DNA of 64,000 nucleotides. It comes from Lingula anatina. Its lineage: Eukaryota; Animalia; Brachiopoda. Location: the NCBI GenBank assembly GCA_051362555.1, contig CM120648.1, positions 4,088,587-4,152,586 on the forward strand, in the 5' to 3' direction. Of the stretch, positions 48,801-63,858 are shown in pieces (the first letter of the stretch is position 1; each line of letters begins with the position of its first letter). Below the pieces are notes generated by a model, which saw only the letters and a list, made by a program, of their open reading frames with translations, did no database searches and was not told the DNA's origin. Made by a program: the position numbers and the translations under genes.

Positions 48801-51092
48801 TATTTTGTATGTATATTCGGTACTGTAACAATAATTAATGTATTTAATTATTCAAAGTGATTAACGTGTAGTCATTTTATTGTGACACTAGTACAGACTT
48901 GACATTTAATATAAAATATTTTACTTTCAAAGGTATGCCTAGGTTAAAATGTGTTCTTTGATTAAAAAAAAACTAGGATCTCAAATGAAATATGTGCATG
49001 GAGAAATGTGAAGTCAGGTGTGTCACTACCAATTAACTGACTGCTATGGCTGTAGTACTGCTGCATTGCGTAATATGCAGTGATTTAATTAGGTGGTGCT
49101 CCTTTGGGCAGGTCAAAGATTGGCTTTGACGAACACGGTTCTGTCCAAAAAGTATCCATATGTCAGCAACTTCTGCACAGATGAATTTGAAATTTTGCGT
49201 GCAAGCGGTCGGTTTTGCATTGCGTAAAATGAGCCAAGCAGTGTTTTGCAACATTGTTTATCTGTACCTGAATGGCGCCAAAGAGACAGACACTGCCACA
49301 CAGATTATTGTGTCACACGGAACGGTCCGCACAGTTTTATGCCCAGATTGATGGTACTAGACAGATACCACGCCCAATGTATCAAAACCTCACCAGGATA
49401 AAGGACTCACTGTCCTTACGGATATACTGCTGCAACTACACAAAATCCACCCATTCCGTTCAGAATCAGGGGCTATTTGCCGCCAGAACGTGTTTTTAAA
49501 GGCCCTAAGCGAACACGAGACTGGTTTTTGCAGGTTAGAATACCAAACGACCTCTGAGGAAGCCAATGTAAAGGGCACGACATCGTCGTCTGTTTCTCTA
49601 GTGAATTGGGGACCATAGTAGTTTTTGGGTAGAACACCGAAACCGCGCGGGCTTCTTGATTCAAGTCAGATTTCACCTGTACCGCTAACGTGGTCAAAGA
49701 AGAGTTGACGGACATCCTGAAGATGCCTACGACGAAGCGTGTGCCGCCTGTAGAGTGACTAGTGTCATTGACAGCATCAGTATTTGGAGTGGATATCACA
49801 TTGGTGCCAAAAACACCAATGGTAGTCATCTATGAAAACCTGAACCACAACAAATACAGGAATAATCTGAGAACCACTAGACTAACATTTGATAGGGGGC
49901 ACCTTAGGAACAATTTTAAGTTGTACGATGAAAATGCCGGTTCACACATAACATTTTAATCGCATGTAATATACAGAACCAGGGGAATGAGCAGCTACCT
50001 TGGCCATGAAGATCGCCAGATTTGAACCAGGTAGGTCATCACTTGCCAAATCAAAGGCCTACTTGCCCTACAACAAAACTGAACTAAATTAGGCAAGTTT
50101 TGACCGATGCCTGGAACATTATTCCAGATTTAACTTTAAAATCCTATCCCAAGGAATGCCTTGTTGCTTAAAAGCCCTGGTAACAACCAGCTGACAGATG
50201 ATAATTTGGAAAATATCGAGATCCAAAATATCGTAAAATAGGATTTTAATCCTTATATGTATTTACCAGTCAGAAAAATATGACAAAATTGATGAAAAAT
50301 GATTTGGAAAAAATATTCCATATTAAATGTCAGGTCTGTATTTGTTTTAAGTCTGTACTTATACAATATAAGATATACTGTTGGTCTGAATTATTGTTGA
50401 TTTGAAATATTATATTTTTAGAAATATATTGTTAATTGAATAATGAACAAGTATGAAGTTAGTTGGAAATTGGTGTTTACAAATATAACCATACTAAAAG
50501 TAATATATTACCAAAGGTTAAGATAGTTTTAAGTATTTTTGTTTCATTAAGATTCTATTCAATAAGACATTTTTATGGTACTGGTACATTGTATTAGTTT
50601 TGTATAGAAACAAACTTAAAGATACTTTTATAATGACTTAACTCTTTACCAGAGACCACGGCAGAGACAGGCTATTGTTGTTGCGCAAAAACCATCATCT
50701 GGCAGAGTAGAAATGTGCATGACTGAGTCGGCAGAGAAAAATATGTGAATATTTACTGAAAATATCCGCTCTGTGGCCCTGGTAGAGAGTCAGCACATGC
50801 CAGTGCAAAGAAGAGAGAACTGATAACTGATAATCATGAACTATGCGTTCTTTCTATATTTTCAGACATTAGACATAAGATAGCGCCAAACCCAGTTTAA
50901 GTTAGTGTCTGATGGTTTATTTAAGCAAGATCTATGTAATTAGTTAAACCAGTAGGAAGCCAGGCTAACTGTGGCTTCCCCCACCATTGTAATCGAGATA
51001 AGCAGCTCTCACCCAGAGTCCAATCTTACAAAAGGATTTGTCTTATTTTGCAACATCCAGAAAGGCCTCTTGCAGAGAGCAGAGATAATTAA

Positions 51093-51531
51093 AGGGCCAC
51101 TTCACGAGATTATCCAAAATGAATTTTCCTGGGAAAAAGAGCAATTATTTTTCTGACTCAAGACCGATTGCTTGACCCGTCCCTGTTTTTAGATTTGATG
51201 TTTTATTCCATTTTAAAATTGATACTTAAGTTTAAAATGACTGGCCAGTGAAATTAACGACATCATGCTTTTTGCTTTGTTTTCACACAAGAAAGTGTTT
51301 TGTATCGCGGCCATGTATCATAAGACATTGCAAACTGGCAATAGCTTCATTCCCAAGGAGGCTAAGGTGATATTAGATAAACTTTTATCTAAAGGATTTC
51401 ATTGTCGTTAGAGTCTGAATTTGGAAATATAAGAAGCATTATAAGACAAAAATATTACCGTGGACATTTTCAAAGCGTGAAGAGAACCTACAGAAATAAA
51501 TTTTGTCGGGAAAATTTCGTGGAGTGGGCCT
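51093..51531. mobile_element. Non-autonomous TIR element with TTAA TSD (Kolobok-like)
   Basis: ttaa|agggccacttcacga...tcgtggagtgggcct|ttaa. Confidence 0.75.
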
Positions 51532-54500
51532 TTAATCCAGGTGTCACCTGGATTTTAATGTATTAATTATCATTGTTATGTTTTTTTCTAAGTGTTTATT
51601 TCAACGATTTAAAAAACACTTACAATTTTTATTTCTTTATAAAAGCAATACCCCGGTAAGCGTAAGAATATGATTATTGTTATTGTTAAATTCATTATCG
51701 TTCAAATTTATGTTTTGTTTATTTGTGATTAAACATTTTGCACGTCATTTGCTTTTTCTCATCTTTTAAAATCACAATTTTAAAGTATTATTTCTGGTGT
51801 TTTCTTCCATTTGCGTATAATCTTCCGTGCAAGTGTTAGTGACCTTTTGGTACTGCACTGCGCAACAACGTCGCTCATTAACGTCATTTTTGTTAAGCAT
51901 TGCATCAGCAGGTACATGTAGTGCTGACGATCTAGCAATAGACGAAACTGTACGTCAGGCTGTTTTAAATTGCTTCACAAATGCTTTCAATAAAAATGAT
52001 CTCAATTAATTTATGTTTAAACAAAAGATCAGCAAATAGTGAGTTGAGTCGTTGAAAATGTTTTGCTTGCAAAGTAAATTTTTTAAAAATAAACTTTTAA
52101 AAATAAACCAATAGAATTTAAAAATCGGTTTTTTTCCTAAAACAGGTTGCCATAGTAATAAAATTCACATGGATATCCATCACTTTTTGATTATCTCTGG
52201 TCTTGCTATATACTGATGGCCAAGTGTGGCGAGTTAAGTCAATGAAAACACTTTACCTGCAAAGAAAAAAACAAGTTATCTGTGAAGAAAATTGAAAATA
52301 TAAACAAAAACAATTACATTTCCCCTAGGGTTCTATAGTAATTGAATACAAAGTTCAAATCACCACACTTATCATTTTTGAATCTTAATATGGATACAGT
52401 AGTGTCAACCATGCGCGTAAAAAAAATTGAGAAAATCCCATCAGACAGAAATTTCATAAGGGCATTACCTCAACCGCCTTTTTGCCAACACGGTCGTTGC
52501 AATGATGCATTATTTAAACTTGTTAAGATGGACTTGTTTAGATGGATCTAGGCCCAAGCAATAACACGTTGCAATACAGTTAAAAATTTTGATTATTTTT
52601 CTTATTTTTTTCCCTTTTATTTTATTTTTCATTATTTGAGTTACAAAACAAATTGCGCTGAACAGCATGGATTATGCACTATATATCTGCCACAACAGTT
52701 TGATATCATAATTTCAGCATAACACCCGGTGTCTTGTAATCCTATCGGTATTATATGGGATTATATGTTCCGCGATTTCACGCAGGTTAAATCAAGTTTC
52801 AGAGAGCGCCACATGAACACTGACAAGAGAAATCAGCTCGATCTTCTTACGTCTACTGAGCTTTGGGCATCGAAAGGTTCGCCAAATCGGGGCATAGGTA
52901 AGCTCAGTACCTGTGCTATATTTCATGTGCACATTTGGGACGAAGAAAACCAAGATATGTAGTTATTGGGTGCACATATTATTTTAAGTGTACTGCGTGT
53001 AAATAAAGACCAAATGGCAAACTTAAACTCAATATACTTCAGTCTTAGGAGTTTAACCCCCGTGTAAGCAGTCAATTCATCTCCGTCTTCATTTCATGAT
53101 CAGAGGCTTAATTTCAGTGTCAATTCAAACAACAAAACTGAATCCCTTTAAACAAAAAATAATATTTGTGAGATCTCCAGAATGCAGATTATAAGAAGTC
53201 CACTTTCTATTTGTGAAATTACAAAAACATCAAATTAAAGAATCAGACCCTGTTTTTTTAGGTCATCCTGACTCCTGCAACATTGTTTTGAAAATCTTAA
53301 TTAATCTGCTCAGTCTCTTTATTGGAATCTAGGTTTGGCAAGTCGTTATGAATCTTTCCAATCTCTCCCATAAGTTGATTAAGCAATCGGAATGTCATGT
53401 GAGGGAATAAAGGAAACAAATGCTAATTACTGAACTAATCCTAAATCTTCTAGAACAAACCATTGTTCCACCACCCATCGTCTTAATGCCTCTACTGATT
53501 AAAAAAAAAAAAAAAAAACAGAAATAAGCCGTTCTTAAATATTCCTGGAACCAGATTGTTGCAATTATTGTAGTAATTAAAAAGACGTTAAACGGTGTTA
53601 ATTAACATTGGCTCATAGGCCTAACAATATTTCTGCATTAATTAATCATTTATTAAAAAATTAATAATTATCTAAGCGGATAAAAACTTAGGCCTATCAA
53701 CCCCGCTTAACAGCATTTTTGTGTTTGCGCGGATGACCTTATATAGATTTAAGTACAACAACAAGTCCAAGTCACCAAAATAAATAAATAATAATAATAA
53801 TAATAATAGGCCTAATAATAATAATAATAATAAAATGAAAAAATATTGTGCCTTTTTCCAATATTCCCTCGTGATCTCCACTATCAGAATTGTGCCTTCA
53901 TGATGTCATTTTCACCACGAAAGCAATACGCTTCAAGCAGAATCACCTCAAACTTTTAATTATGCACCATTAGTAACATGGGCATTCAATAAAATTATTA
54001 TCAAATTTTCGCATTTTGATGTAGTATCGGTGGCTACTCGTTTCCCATGATCATTGAAAAGGGTCAATACTGGCTTCCAACAAGCTTTCCGCAGACACGG
54101 TGCTTTTCAACGAAAGAGATTGAGCAGTTCAGTACTTCTGCTTTCATCATTAAACTCGTAATTGAAGCATAAGTCATGGTGGATATTTGTGGAATAATCG
54201 GTGGACGTCTGAAAATCACTGTGAAGATGACCAGTATTGCGTGTTGGTGAGTTTCTGAATGTACCTGTGAATTTCACATTCAATGTTTCATGATTTAACA
54301 ACCATTCATTGCACTCGACTCTCTCCTGGATTAGTTAATTAATTGGGTAATTAACTGAAAACCCACATAAAACTGCTTTATATCAATTTAGTCTACCTCC
54401 CACCCTAAAAAAATAAGATCAATATCGTTTAAGTATTTTTTAACGAATTTCATATAAATTGTTACCTTCATCTCCAAAGACACCCATAATATAAAGACAA

Positions 54501-54978
54501 AAAAGTAAATGTAAGTAAAAGTTTTTGGTAAATTTCACATAGATTCATTTATGCTGTGTGGTGCATTGATTTTCAGGTAATTATCTACATGTACTTAATC
54601 TCTTAGATGGATAGTGTTGTCAAGTGCCCCTGAAAGATCAAGTAGTCTCTTTTGCAGTATTCCTCCCACTCATCACAACATTGTCAAATCAACAAATGAC
54701 TGGTTTAATGAGCAGTCATTACCCTAAGAGTAATGTGCGAAACTGAAGCATGCCAAATTCTACACATATTCAGCAATCCACTACTGTGCAAGACTAGAAA
54801 AAGTCATTTCTTGTACAAGACAAGCCCTGCCATAAGACTGTATAATATAAGTACATTAGTTTCAAATTAAGGCAGTTGAATTAGGATAATCATTATCATT
54901 ACGTATTTATTTATTTATTTATTTTTCAATTTTCAGGGCTTATATATGAATTAAAGCTGATTTGGGAGTGACCGAACT

Positions 54979-57900
54979 ATGGCCAGCAAATCCGCATTTG
55001 ATCGCCTCAGACCACTGTGTGTTGCACTGACCAAGTGTCCAAGTAGGAAGGGTTTAGAGGAGCTTCGAGAGAAATTGAAAGCGGAGGAAAGATCAGAACT
55101 TCAAGAACTTCAAGAATATGTGCTGTTTCCTCTGCGTATCATAGTTAAGCAGGGAGTTAAATTGTGAGTAGATAAGTAATTCTAAAAAGGAGTTTTGTGG
55201 TGTCAGAGTTCTTGGCAGTACCTCACTAGGCAGATTGACATGGGGATTGACTCATGTTGGCATATACAGGGCTTGACACGAACTTTTTTCGATACTGGCC
55301 CGAGATATTGGTAAATGTTGCAAGGATGATTTGACACATGACATTTTACTTGCTCTTTGGGCCAGTAACCCCAGCGATTCAATGGCCCTAGGTTGGTTTT
55401 CAGTGGCCCAGGGCCAGTGGGCCACCCTTAATGTCAAGCCCTGATATATGCTGCAAGTGTTGTGTGATGGTTGACATAAGTGACTTGTGGAAGAGGGGCG
55501 TGGGGGCATACTGCAGGGATACCTGTGGATATTGGTTGTGGAAGTTGGAGTGAAAGGACAAAATTATTATTGTTTTTGTCTGACCAGATCTTTTTTTAAT
55601 TTGTGAAAATTATGAAATTTGTGAAAATCCACCTTTTGAATTAACAACAAAGAACAATTGATTCTTCCAAAATCTGATGTTGAAAAACATGGTAAACAAT
55701 CAAACTGATATTTTACTTTCTTTTTTTTCTAGCTCTGAAGAACTCTGCACAGATGCCATCAGCTGTATGTGCCTGGTCCTGGAGAGGACGGAAGTCAGGA
55801 AGTGGGACATGTTCCATGATATCTTCAACTCTCTTTGTTTACTGATCAGTTCTCCCACTGAACCAGGGAAATGTAAGCTCAGCCACAATGAGCCCTTTGT
55901 CCCGATTAGACACTGAATAGATTCCCCGCAGGGATTATGCAACAAGCACTAAAGTGGTTCGGCCATATTTGATCTGCGAATATGTTAGTTCGCTGTCCTG
56001 AATGAGCTCAAGGTCCAAATCTTTGATTCAGTTTACTGCTATAGATTTGTGGTTTTATGATTCACGTGAGCAAATACCAAATTTTCATCCTTTTTTAAGT
56101 AATTGTATCACAAACTTTGAGCACACTGACCTTGATTGATTTTTTATTATTCTTATCTTAGGTTTTGTTATATTTTCAGTGTCTCATCATTCAGAAGAAC
56201 TGAAACTGGCCACTGTACAGTGCCTGCAGGCTTTACTGAGTCATTCAGTGGTCAAGTAAGTATATTTAAATTTATAAATTCATTAAGTAATTTAATTGTT
56301 CAGTCTTTTATTCTGATCATTTATGTATTAAAAAATTATTTATTATTATAATTTTTATAGTGTACTCCAGGCTGCATATTCTGCGAGTTTTATCCCTGCG
56401 TTGGGCCATTCCGTCTCTCTTCTGCTGCATATGGTGGACACAGAGTCAGCTCGCCACCTCAAAAAGGCTGCCATGCAGTGTCTGATGGCTCTTGGGCAGT
56501 GTGATGGAAAAGGTGGTATTTCACTCTCACTCTCACTCTCTCTCTCTCTCTCTCAAACACACACACACACACCCACACACTAACTTCATATATATTTTCA
56601 TTAAATCAAGGGAACTTACAGAGGGATGTCAGAGAATGAAATCATTTCAAACAACTTATTCAATGTTAATTTTCCCAAACAGTTGCAATAGGTAATACTA
56701 GCATGACTTTGTACTAGATACATATTATAATACTTTTAAAAAAATACATTTAGAATAATTTACTTTTCCAGTGCCTTGTTCTCTCAGTTTGCAGATAGGT
56801 GACACCTTTGCCTCCTTCCTGCCTGGGATAGCCATGGGGCTGTGCAAGATAATATCTGGAGACACCAAACAAGGGACTAGTGTCATTGTGGTACTGTTTG
56901 TTTTACAGATTTCAATTTGAAGTTTACGTTTTTTTTTTTTTTTTTTTTTTTTTTTGGGGGGGGGGAGTTGTTTGCCTTTTTTGTTGTTGTTGTTGTTGTT
57001 TTATACAGAAGCTGTGAAAAAATTTCATGTTCCCTACGTTTTTGCATCAGTGTGAACAATATTCTCAAAGTATTAAATGGTGAAATTGCTGTCGAGCATG
57101 ATTTGTTTAAAAAACTATTCTAAGTTTATCCATAAGATAAATATACAGTAGTGAAGGCTAAAGTTAAGATTATATCACTTTTCTGAAGTCTTCAAAAGAA
57201 AAAGAAAGAAAGAAAGAAAAATACATGTATTGACCAAAAGCAAAAATCAGTAATTGCTTTTATTATGCAATTTAATATGCCCTCCTAGATAACAATTAAA
57301 GTTTCAATGTTGCTGTCATCATTTAGTGTTATCATATTATTTGATTATTATGTTTCCTTACTCTGAATGGCCAAGAACCATCTGTTACATCATTGGTCTA
57401 TATCATGATTGGTGATAATGCCATTAGTCAATAATGAGTTCTATTAGACCTTGAATTTGATCTTATTCTAATGACAACTAATATCCAACATTGTCCTTTG
57501 CTGACAGTGGTAAACTTATTGATGAAAATTAAAATGATCTTTATTCAACACCAGTGTGCTGTTGAAGCTTGGACCAAACTGGTAACCTTGGTAATGGGGG
57601 ATGTGAACCTAGAGAAATCCAGAGAACTGAGAAGTAAGAGCCAACCAGGTAAGTCATTATCAGAGTTTTAAGTCTTCCTGCTGTGTCTGGAAATCTGGAT
57701 ATGTGTAGGAAAGATTATCAAAAAAATTGGGGATTTTTTTGAAAATGGTCTTTGGTCTCTCTGTTATTGTACATTTGTAACTGTCTGTTTATTATAGAAT
57801 TGATAGATCCTATAGGATTCACCTGGAAGGATAGTTTTAAGTCAGTGTATTCATCAACCCCAATACACGATCTACAACATTTACTGACTTATAACCATTC

Positions 57901-60900
57901 TGCACAGTCAGATTGTGTATTTAGGTTGTTGAATGGTTTCTTGTAATAAACATTTGAATCAAATTTATTTTTTTCATCTATCTGTATTAAATTGGATGCT
58001 CTCAGCTCTTGATGATGAACTCTAAAATTAATATCTGAAGATTGTCCAAAGTAACAGCATCTTTATTTATTTATGTTTTTTTTAATGTCATATTACAACT
58101 TCAGCCGACAGTAAGGTCCCCCACAGACAGCTTCAAGTCCAAAGAACTGAGGAGTGGGCAAAGTCCACATCAGAAAAACTCATTTTACTGATCAAGAGGA
58201 TTGGTTCTGTTGTTACTCACAGTAACTGGAAAGTCCGACTTTCTCTGGTTGAGTGGGCTGAATCTTTCCTTACTGTGTGCTCAAAGTAAGTAGCAGTGAC
58301 TTAACTGTCCTGTTTCTGTTTAAGCTTCTTTTGCATCGGTCTTTCAAAAGAGCAATGAACAGATTTTTACCCTACTTTCACCCCCTTCAGATTTGGGCCT
58401 TTGAGAGTGTTGGATACTCAGCATCTAAGTCTGACTCTTTCATTAGCATTAATGAAGATTAAATACTGTAGCCTTAGTTTTACATATTTTTTATACATGA
58501 TTAATTATATATTATCCTGAATAAAAAAGTTGGACAACTTATAGAGTACAATAGTATATTTTTAGTTCAGATGATCAAACACATAAAACCATTTATTTAT
58601 TAGAAATAGATGCAAATAAAGAAGGAGAAAATTGTATATTTCTATAAAATCTTGATTTTAGATCCCTGTCCAACTGTGTTCCTCAGTTTCTGGAGACCCT
58701 AGTCTCTCTGCTGGGTGACGATTACCCAAATGTTGCCACCAGAAGCAAACAGGCCTTGACAATCTTCCAACAAAACTGTGAGGCCACTGAACAAATAAAA
58801 CCATTGGTGGAGCTCTTGGAAGAGAATTTGCTGCATCTGGCAACCTCCTTGCCACGTGTGATGAGGGTGGCGGACGACAGGGACAAGTTGATGACTCTTA
58901 AGCTTTTCACAGGCTATCTGCAGCTATTAGGTTAACTGTTTTGAAAATAACTTGGTTGTTTGGTTGGTTGGTTGGTTGGTTGGTTGGTAGGTTGAAATAA
59001 TGGTGGTTTGGTTGATGGGTTGGTCTGTTGGTTAGTAAGTTGGTTTATTGATTGACTGGATGGTTGGTTGGTTGGTTGGTTGTTCAGTTGATTAATTGGT
59101 TTAATGGAAGGTTTATTTGATTAGTTGGATAGCTGGGCATTGGGTTGTTTGATTGATTTAAAGATTGGTTGATTTGTTGGTAGACTGGTTGGTTATTTTA
59201 TGGAATATTTTGGTTGAATTTTGTTCTACTTAGTATCCGTCTTTGTGAGCATGCCATATTGAAGGAAAACAGTTGTACATACAGAGTTTGAATACTTGTT
59301 TTGAGACTATGCAAATTCACTCTCAATTAAGACTGCGCAGTACAGTCTAGATATGCCATAATTAATGTGAAGATTGAAGCAAGGTGATTTTCAGCTATTA
59401 CCAAACCAAAGAAATCTTTTCGACAAAATTTGCTTGAAATAACAGATCATATGATGATTCAAGTTACAATGTCACAATTGATGTGAAGTTTACTGTCTAT
59501 GATTTCTTGCAGGCTCCAAAGTTAACACCATGTTCTATTCCCACCATCACCTGAGGAGGCTGGCACAGGCTCTGGTTCAGGTGTTGGAGATGGACTGCAC
59601 AGATATAAAAATAATAGAGGAGAAAACTCAGTCGCCAGGTAGGGGGATTACCAATGAAATTAAGACTATATGTAAAATAATAGAGGAGAAAACTCAGTCA
59701 TCAGGTAAGGTGATTACCAATGAAATTAAGGCTAAAATAATAGAGGAGAAAACTCAGTCACCAGGTAGGGTGATTACCAATGAAATTAAGACTAAATGTA
59801 CAAGGAATGTTCTTCAAACGAATGTTTTGTTAATAATACCGTAAAGTGACTTGGTTCCACATCAGAAAGTGTCTTTTTTTTGAGTAAAATTAAAAATGAT
59901 AAATCGTGAAAAAATTAATTAGTGGATTGATTGCGGTGCTTGAAAATTTCTTGTTAATCCTGCAAAATATTCCAGTTTACAACTGTTGGTTGGTGAAGAC
60001 GTAAGAAAACTACCAATAAGATTCAAAACTGTCTAGTTTAAAAGTGGAATCTATAGATACTGGGGAAATAAACTAAAACAACTCCCCAAACTTCTACTGC
60101 ACCCATCTGTCCAAACTAGTATCTTGGAATTTTTTTTCACCGTTTCTTTGCCAAATCCTCTGGTTGATTGATTTGAGCCTATAATGTTCAGACTGCTGGA
60201 CTGATATATAATTCTTTTTCATGGTGACACAATACATTTGAAATCAGTTTCTGCAGTCATCGTAGTCTGTACCAAAAACTTTTCAGCTTCCTGGGCCTTC
60301 AGGATGATATTGCACACTGTAATCCATTTAGATTCCCTGCTTAGCCTACCATAATTTTCAATGTCAAGTTCTTTTTACACAGTCAAAACACTGAAAAGCT
60401 TATCATAATAAACTTTTGTTTGAGAAATTCTGAATCATTCATTCTGTGGTGAATTAAAACGATGATGGTTGTTTTCTTTTTACTCTGCCAATTTCCTTCT
60501 AGGAGGTCTTCATGGTAAAGACATTGTTCATGAAGAAGTTGACATCCATCATTCTAGTCTCAGAAAGTACTTTCAACACTTCCATGATGACAAGATATAC
60601 CAGGAGGTGACAGTGATCTGCAGAACTTTGGCACATTTTGGTAAATTTAAAAGCAAATATTTTTGTTATTTAGATTTATTAATAATTTATTACCCCCTAG
60701 CAGCTTCAGTAGGAGTGACAGACATATATTAAGCCGCTTAAGCTGAAAGCAATTTAGCGAGAATCCCGTTGGAGATAGATCAATCCCCAATAGGATGATA
60801 GGGTCTGGGAATGGTCCCTAAGTCAGTGAACCACATGTGATAGAGTGGAGATGTCACATGCACCTAGTAGACAAAGGTGTATCCAACTTATACTACCACA

Positions 60901-63858
60901 GTAGGTAATTTTAACCTGGCTCGTTACTTATTTGTTAAAAGAAAAACTTTATTTTATTTCAGGAGATATCCAGTTGCTCGTGGATCATTTTCTAGATGTC
61001 TATCATGAGTCCTCAGCCCACAGGAAGGAGGCAGCCATGATCCTCAATGAGCTAGCACTAGGGGTGGTGGGAGACAGTGAGTTCCTCCTCTCTGAATTTC
61101 AATGTTGCAAGGTTTTGTTAATAATATGATGGATAGAATTAACAAAATATGAAAAAAAACATAAGAATTTTATTTTAATTATCATCAATTCATTCAAGAT
61201 GGAAATTTTCTCCAGGATCCTAAAAGATGTCCTAAAGGAAAATGGCCCAAAATCCTATAGGTTCCTATAGAGTATATGCTCTAGCTGGGAATCTTTAGGA
61301 CATCATCAGAATTATTATAGGGTTGAAGGGTTCTGCAGTATTCCTATAGAGTCCCATAGTGTCCTTCAGGGCATAGAAATTATAGGAAGTTTTTGTCAGG
61401 CTGATATTTTTCATGTGTGTGGTGGAGGGAGAGGGGAGGGGGGTTCTGCCTTAAGAGCCCCTGATCCTCTGTTGTGAGTTTTTTTTTTTTTTTTCTTACA
61501 ACCCAAAATCATATCTGCTGAAATGCTGTACTTCAACAGTAGGATGAAGAAGAACAGTCGGGTGCATTTGACCCCCCCCCCCCCCCCCCCCCCTCCTTGT
61601 GTCAGCCTATGAGCAATGGTGTTACGAGAGGTGAAAATACATTTACCTTCAATTCTCCTAGGTGTGGAATCTGATCTAAAAACTGTGGCAAAAACCAGAC
61701 CTGAAGTGGAAGATCTTATCAGGTACATTATTGTATAGCTGCCTGGGAGCCAAAACATTCTCATCCAAATCAGAGCCTCGTCTTGACATCCATCCAAAGT
61801 AAATAATTTATGGCATTGGGTTGGGCCAGAATGAGACACGTGTATCACACAGCTCCATATCTGTCAATAAACATGGACAAATAACTCTGTATAATCCAAA
61901 TGAACGTATTATGTAGATAAATGTTGGCATGTTTTTGACCAGACTAAATCAAATTGCAGTTTTTGTTCATTGAATAAGAAATTGTTATATGTAATACTAA
62001 TGATGTTTTACAGCAAAAAAAATTTTTTTAACATTTCATATTGGTTCCAAACTTTAAAATTTAAATTGTGAATTGCAGCCAGACTCCTAAAGCATATATT
62101 CAGTCATATTAGATTTTTGTTTCAAAGACACCATTAATTTCACTAGTAAGTGTGCACCTAATATCACTTCTAAGATTCAAATCTTTTTTCAGGTCATTAT
62201 GTGAAGATTACCTGTCACCAGCAAATTTTGATCTTCCAACAGCTGTCCAGTCAGAGGCCACAAATTATAGTAACACTTGTTCTAATTGGTTATTGCAAAC
62301 AGACCCAAAGAGAGGTGGTCTGTCATTGGCAGCTTTGAACAGTAACATTATGCAAATTTGTATAGAGCTTGAAGGGATAGGGAATTTTTCTAAAGTAAGT
62401 TGATTTTTTTATTACAACATGTATCAACTGTTACAAGTTAATGAAATATAACAAAAATAGCCAAATCTAAAAAGATTCTTTCTCACCCAAATATTTTGAC
62501 ATAACATCAAAGTGATATAATTAATGGCTTCCACAGTCATCTTTGATTTATATTGAAAGTTTGAAATGTGGACAATATCAATTTAGAAACAAAGTAAGTC
62601 TTATAAGTATAATTTTTGACACTAGTTGAAATAACGTATTGAAAAAGACTAAAAAATTACTCTAACTTGATCTTTGGTTTTAGGTTCTACAAAGTGAATT
62701 CAACAAACTTTTAATAAGTATTCTGTACCCATTGCTGGAGAAGCTGGGTAGCCATGTAGCCATTATTAGCCATACTGCCTATCAAACTCTGTGTACTGTG
62801 AGTTCAAGTTGTGGCTACAGGTGATAATATAGACATTTTGTTATTATAATTGGTATAATTATGATATTAAGAAGCATACAAAAAAAATCCTTTTCCTGAC
62901 AAATAATAAAATAGATTTAAATAATTGGATCATTTCATATTTCAATTGTAAAACTTTTTTTAAATAATTATCCTTAAGATTTCAGAACACAGTGTACATA
63001 TGATAAGTCATTCCTTTATTCAGTGATAAAAAATTAATATGCTTTATCACTTCAGTGGCATCAGTGAACTTCTTTGCCGCAACAGTGATTATCTGGTGAA
63101 CTCCATATCCCTACGCCTCCGCCATCTTGGTCGTAACCCCCAAGCACCGTTGGTCCTTCAGGTGATTCTACAGTACAGCGATGAAGAAATTATGAACTAC
63201 ATAGAAGATACTATAAAAGAGGTAGGTTTGAAGACCCCCAAAATGATTTGTATGAATACAGATGTGAATTTCCAGTCTGGCCCCAATTCAAACCTCAGTA
63301 AAGCTGGGTCTGGTCAGTAAAAGCCTGTAGCAGTTGATGTTTCGTCCCTGGTATATTTTATACAGGCAAGGGTGTAAGTAAAATACAAGTGCATTTATCT
63401 TAGGAGAGAATTTGAAGTGCCAGCCATGAGATAACGCTTGTCTGAAAGAGCCCTTTGACTATTTGATTCAGATATTGGATGTCCTTGATCAGCATCATGA
63501 TGAAGAAGCGGCCATATTTTTGAGAGTTCTTCACACGCTTTCTGTCTCCATTCTGAGGTGGTACCCACCTGACCAGAAACTGAAAACTGATTGGACAGAA
63601 ACTGATTCCAAAAATAAAGATGTGAAAAGGGAAAAGTTGACATCAGACCAATTGCTGAATTTCTTCTTGGATTACCAAAAACACAAACAAATTGCAGAAG
63701 ATCTGGACAATTCAGATTTTGATGATGAAAAAGAAGATCAAAGCCAGCTCAGTGCAGATGAGAAGCAGTCCAAAATTGATGAGGACAGTCAGTTTGAAAC
63801 TGATCATTCAGAAGAAAAGAAAAAGGAAACACCAAGACACATCAAGCTTATTATGGAG
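54979..63858 (+). CDS. TTI1: TELO2-interacting protein 1 (TTT complex), multi-exon, continues past the window. Approximate exons: 54979-55163, 55733-55872, 56180-56255, 56361-56512, 56772-56890, 57556-57648, 58104-58285, 58663-58930, 59513-59638, 60503-60640, 60963-61077, 61662-61722, 62193-62394, 62684-62820, 63056-63221, 63472-63858
   Basis: N-terminus [13 protein letters not shown]...[12 protein letters not shown] plus [32 protein letters not shown] and [15 protein letters not shown] match TTI1 as I recall it; canonical splice sites. Confidence 0.92.
55267..55443. mobile_element. MITE (TIR CAGGGCTTGACA), apparent 5-bp TSD ATATA
   Basis: atata|cagggcttgaca...tgtcaagccctg|atata. Confidence 0.75.
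58950..59220. repeat. Degenerate (TTGG)n microsatellite in a TTI1 intron
   Basis: Runs of ggttggttggtt. Confidence 0.85.
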
